A DNA stretch of 64,000 bases, from positions 4,975,779 through 5,039,778 of the forward strand of contig MU058198.1 of NCBI GenBank assembly GCA_013265495.1. Reading direction: 5' to 3'. Below, piece by piece: positions 60,480 to 64,000 of the stretch. The notes below the pieces were generated by a model. It ran no database searches and was not told the DNA's origin. It worked only from the letters and a program-made list of their open reading frames with translations. Numbering within the stretch: position 1 is the first letter of the stretch; each line of letters begins with the position of its first letter. The DNA is from Vicugna vicugna (Eukaryota). Made by a program: the position numbers and the translations under genes.

Positions 60480-60725
60480 TAATGATAATATTGAGAATGA
60501 TAATTCGGCATGTGCCAGCCACGATGCTGAGTGACTTAGGTGGATTTAATCCTCTCGGTAAGCTCATGACTCAGGTGCTTTTATCATCTCCATCTTCCAG
60601 ATAAAGAAACAGCAGATCAGAGAGGTTAAGTGCTGCGCCCAAGAATATATGGGTAGTGGCAGAGGTAGGTTCAAATCTGCCTGACTCTGGAGCCAGTGCC
60701 CTTAAACAGTGTGCTAAGCCATTGC
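60480..60725 (-). mobile_element. MIR SINE
   Basis: TTTAATCCTC...CAGAGAGGTTAAGTG...AGTGGCAGAG...CTGACTCTGGAGCC. Confidence 0.8.
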
Positions 60726-61699
60726 CTCATTTATAAGAGATATTCAATAAGAATTGTCATTCTGCCTCTGGCACCCAGCAGGACGGTTTCCATTCATTTC
60801 AGCAAAGGATCCATTATGATGCCAGGGTCTCCCGTTGTGGTCCTCCTTGTAGTTTTTGCTGTAAGACCCTGCAGTCAGCTCACCCACACACATTCGCAGA
60901 ACTCTGTGTCCATTCCTGCGGAGAATACGAAAACCTAGAGCATTGCCCTCCTCATTACGGCCTCAGCCTGCTCTCGGAATCCTCGTATCATCAATAACAT
61001 TGATACCAACTAATTTAAACCCACTGAACCAGTGAGCTCGGGTTGCAGATATGTTTATGAGCAGGATTCTAAGTAGCTATTTTAACTAAGTGGAACATTT
61101 CTTGCTTCAATTAATGCAGAAGGTAGCAACTCAAAGGAAATATTAGGGGCATTAAGTTTTATATTGCTGCCATTTGTTATATATGATATTTAACATTTTT
61201 AATCACTTTATTTCCGTGTTGACAGCTACTGAGAGAGAAAGAGCTTCCCGTGGTGATTGTGACCCAGGAATTACCTTCAGGCTGAGACGGATTATCATTA
61301 ACCCTTGAGGCGTCGTGGTCTCCTGAGGAAGTAGTGAAGATGTTACTCGTTTTATTCATGGCATTCGGAGAGATCAAGTCAGTGGTTAGCAAAGAATGAC
61401 TCCGTAAGAAACAAATTTCTTGGAAAGAGTAAAGGAAGTAGAAGGAAGTTAACAATTATTGAGCACCCAGTGTGTACCAGACGTGTGCTCGGCTATCTGC
61501 ACTCTGACTTACTTCTCCAGACAATCCCACCATGATGTCAGTTACACAGATGAGAAAATGGAAAGGCTGAGATATCTGTTCGTTCATCAAAATTTTGGCA
61601 CTGTGGGAGTTCACTGTGAGGATCTGATGGTGAATACTGTGGCAGCCTTCCTCCCGCATGAGACTTCTATTCTGGTATTTATCTTTTGATGATGATTAT

Positions 61700-61930
61700 T
61701 ATAGTGAGATAAGTGCTGGAACAAGGAAAGAATGGAGGTGCTTTGAGAATCTGGAAAAGGTGAATTTGATTGAGCTCTTAGGGTGAGAGGTCAAGGAAGA
61801 CTTCCTGGAGGAAGTGGTGTCTAAGCTGAGATCTGAATGATGACTAGTGCTAAGCCAGGCAAACAGGAGAGGTAGAAGAGAGGCAGAGGAGTGTTCCAGG
61901 GAGAGGAATATTTTTTAAGGAACAGAGGTA
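61700..61930 (-). mobile_element. L2 fragment
   Basis: GGAAGACTTCCTGGAGGAAGTGGTGTCTAAGCTGAGATCTGAATGATGA. Confidence 0.75.
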
Positions 61931-62399
61931 GGGAAAAGCCACTGACTTCCTAAGGCTTGTACTTCTAGTATGTGACAAAGCTAGTATTTGAATCGAGGAT
62001 TATCTGATTCTACTGAAACCCAACACAAAAGGAAATCTGTGATTTTCTTAGCCATACAATCTGCAAAGGAAACATCCAAGTCGTTTGAGGTATGCTGGGA
62101 GCTCCCAGTTAGGACCATAGCAGTCTGACAGTGACACCCATGGCCCCAGATGCAAGTCAGCATCTTCCTGGGGCTTTGAGGCTAGGGGTGGGAAGTGTTC
62201 TTGCTTTCCTTCATGGCTTCTCACAATAGGGATGTAAGGCTTCAAACTGATGTCTCTGTAAATGTTAGGTAATGAGGAAGAGAAACCCCCAGGCATGCTG
62301 GCTCCAGCCCTTGTAAGGTGCAGGGGGAATTTTGCTTTAGGTTCGGCTCGGCTGAGGGTAAAACAGTACCACGAAGATGCTGTTCTTTCTCCACTGCTC

Positions 62400-62785
62400 A
62401 GCTCCGTCCTGCACAATGCGTGGCCCTTTCCCAGGTGGGACCTCCTCTTTGGGGTGAATAGAAGGCTGCCGCCAGTGTGGTACTTAATACTTTCCGTGTA
62501 AATCAGGCTGGACGGATGTGGGGTGGGATGGGGGTGAGAACTGAAACTCAGTAAGCACCACCTGAAGCCCTGCAATATGAGGTTGCAGCTCTGATTGGCC
62601 CGGCTTGGGTGATCTTGACCACCTGAGAGCCAATCACTGCTGTGAAGGGAATGCAATAACCTGATTGGCTGAGGCCTGGGTTAGGTGCTCCGCCCAGAGC
62701 TGAGATGCGCTGAGGGTGTGGGAGGGTGGATTCCCAAGGGAGGAGTTGGATGGTTACTGAAATAACGTGGGGTGGGTAGTGGGCT
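62400..62785 (-). mobile_element. Old MaLR LTR fragment (MLT1K/L-like)
   Basis: CTCTGATTGGCCCGGCTTGGGT...GAGCCAATCACTG...CTGATTGGCTGAGGCCTGGG. Confidence 0.6.
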
Positions 62786-62879
62786 CCAGCCAGCTTTTAC
62801 TTCACACCTCAAGGATATCAGTTCTTGAAATCCCAGTGACTGGACCCAGCAGCTGGATTTGGGGGATGCTGAGAAGCAG

Positions 62880-63140
62880 CCCCAGCTGGTTCAGAGGCAG
62901 TGTGGGGCGAAGCAAGTGCTTTGCTTTGGAAACCAAAACGTGGAGTTCCCGTCTAAGCTGCACGTGAACCTGCTGTGAGACCAAGGGCACGTCGCATAAC
63001 CGCTCCAGGCCGCAGCGCCCCTGTGTGTAAAATGGGAATGTTAATACTGACCTTGCAGTGTTCCTGTTAGGGTACGTGAGATGCTGCATATAGAACACTC
63101 AGTCCTTGGAACATACTATGCACTCAATAAATGTCAGTTG
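62880..63140 (+). mobile_element. MIR SINE
   Basis: GCTGTGAGACC...TGTAAAATGGGAATG...GCACTCAATAAATGTCAG. Confidence 0.75.
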
Positions 63141-64000
63141 CCTCCCACAGATCCAGGTAACCTGTCTGGCTTCAGAATGCCTCTATTCTTAGTACGTTGT
63201 GTTACTTAACTCTCTTTGTGCTTCTCTTTTCCCTATTATGACCTTGTCACATTTTAATTTTTAGTCTACATGGTCTTGTTTGATATTTTTAATCTTTCAG
63301 GTTTATTTTTTCAATCTTATTATAACTTACTTATTCTCTTTAGTTGCCCATTTTATCTTATTTATATCACCTACATATCCTGCCATTTCATTCAGTATTG
63401 TAAAGAGAACATAATATATGCTGTTTATTAATGAGCCACTGTTTTTATCTTTCCAATACCGCCTGTGAGCTAATGTCTTCTATTAGTAAATGCAGTTAAC
63501 TTGATCCTACTTGTTTATTTTTTTAACCAGTATTCATTTCTTTGTTTGTTTTTCATGGGCAGTCTAAAGACTCAAAATTATGTGTTGTAATAAGGGCACT
63601 GGAAATCTGAACTGCTCAAATACCCCAGCAACATTTAATAATATTCCTTTATAGCCCTTTGCAATTAAAAAATAAATAAAAGGGCTTTAGCAGCCAAGAC
63701 CTTATTTTCATCTTGCAAAGTCTCTGCTAAGAGGAAGAGAAAGAATTAAGGCCCAGGGAACTGTCCCTTCTTGCCTAAAATCACACAGCTGAATGGGGGA
63801 ACCAGCATTATCTTTCTGTTCTTTTGACTCAGAGTCCATTGTTCTTTCCACTTCAGCACGTGCTTTTACCCAAGCACCATGTCCCTGTTGAATGAAAACA
63901 AATCCTTTTGAACCGGACTTCACTGTTTTTTTTAATGCCTTTTAAATCCCATTAACATCAACTTTCCCAGAATGTTCTTCCCTAATCCCGTTCATCAAAG

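Noticed and set aside
62048..62656. Longest ORF (202 aa, minus strand)
   Set aside because: No recognisable domain, non-ATG start, composition typical of chance ORFs, and it overlaps an MLT1-like LTR
1..64000. Novel multi-gene system (prokaryotic, viral or intact ERV)
   Set aside because: No long ORFs, operon structure, paired LTRs with internal sequence or intact transposase; the content is explained by common mammalian repeats and short unique islands

Overview
This is repeat-rich, non-coding mammalian DNA, most likely from a camelid. The lineage call rests on four tRNA-Ala-derived SINEs with a TAAACCTAATTACCTCCCC-type tail matching the camelid Vic-1 family, artiodactyl-type L1 3' ends, and no Alu, Bov-B, Bov-tA, PRE1 or Can-SINEs. 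I found no supportable protein-coding gene. The ORF track consists of chance ORFs plus a few fragments of the L1 ORF2 C-terminus. Much of the window is interspersed repeat: many MIR and L2 fragments, L3/CR1, old and lineage-specific L1 3' ends, MaLR/ERV solo LTRs, and hAT and Tc1/mariner relics, often nested. LTRs and L1s lie mostly on the minus strand, which suggests an intron of a plus-strand gene. The best non-repeat signals are a motif-dense island at about 57.9-58.5 kb (ARE/AP-1, PBX-HOX, an inverted pair of posterior-HOX/CDX sites, a hairpin) and smaller candidate enhancers. Repeat families were assigned from remembered consensus sequences. Boundaries are approximate unless a target-site duplication (TSD) is cited. 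I found no convincing novel biological system.
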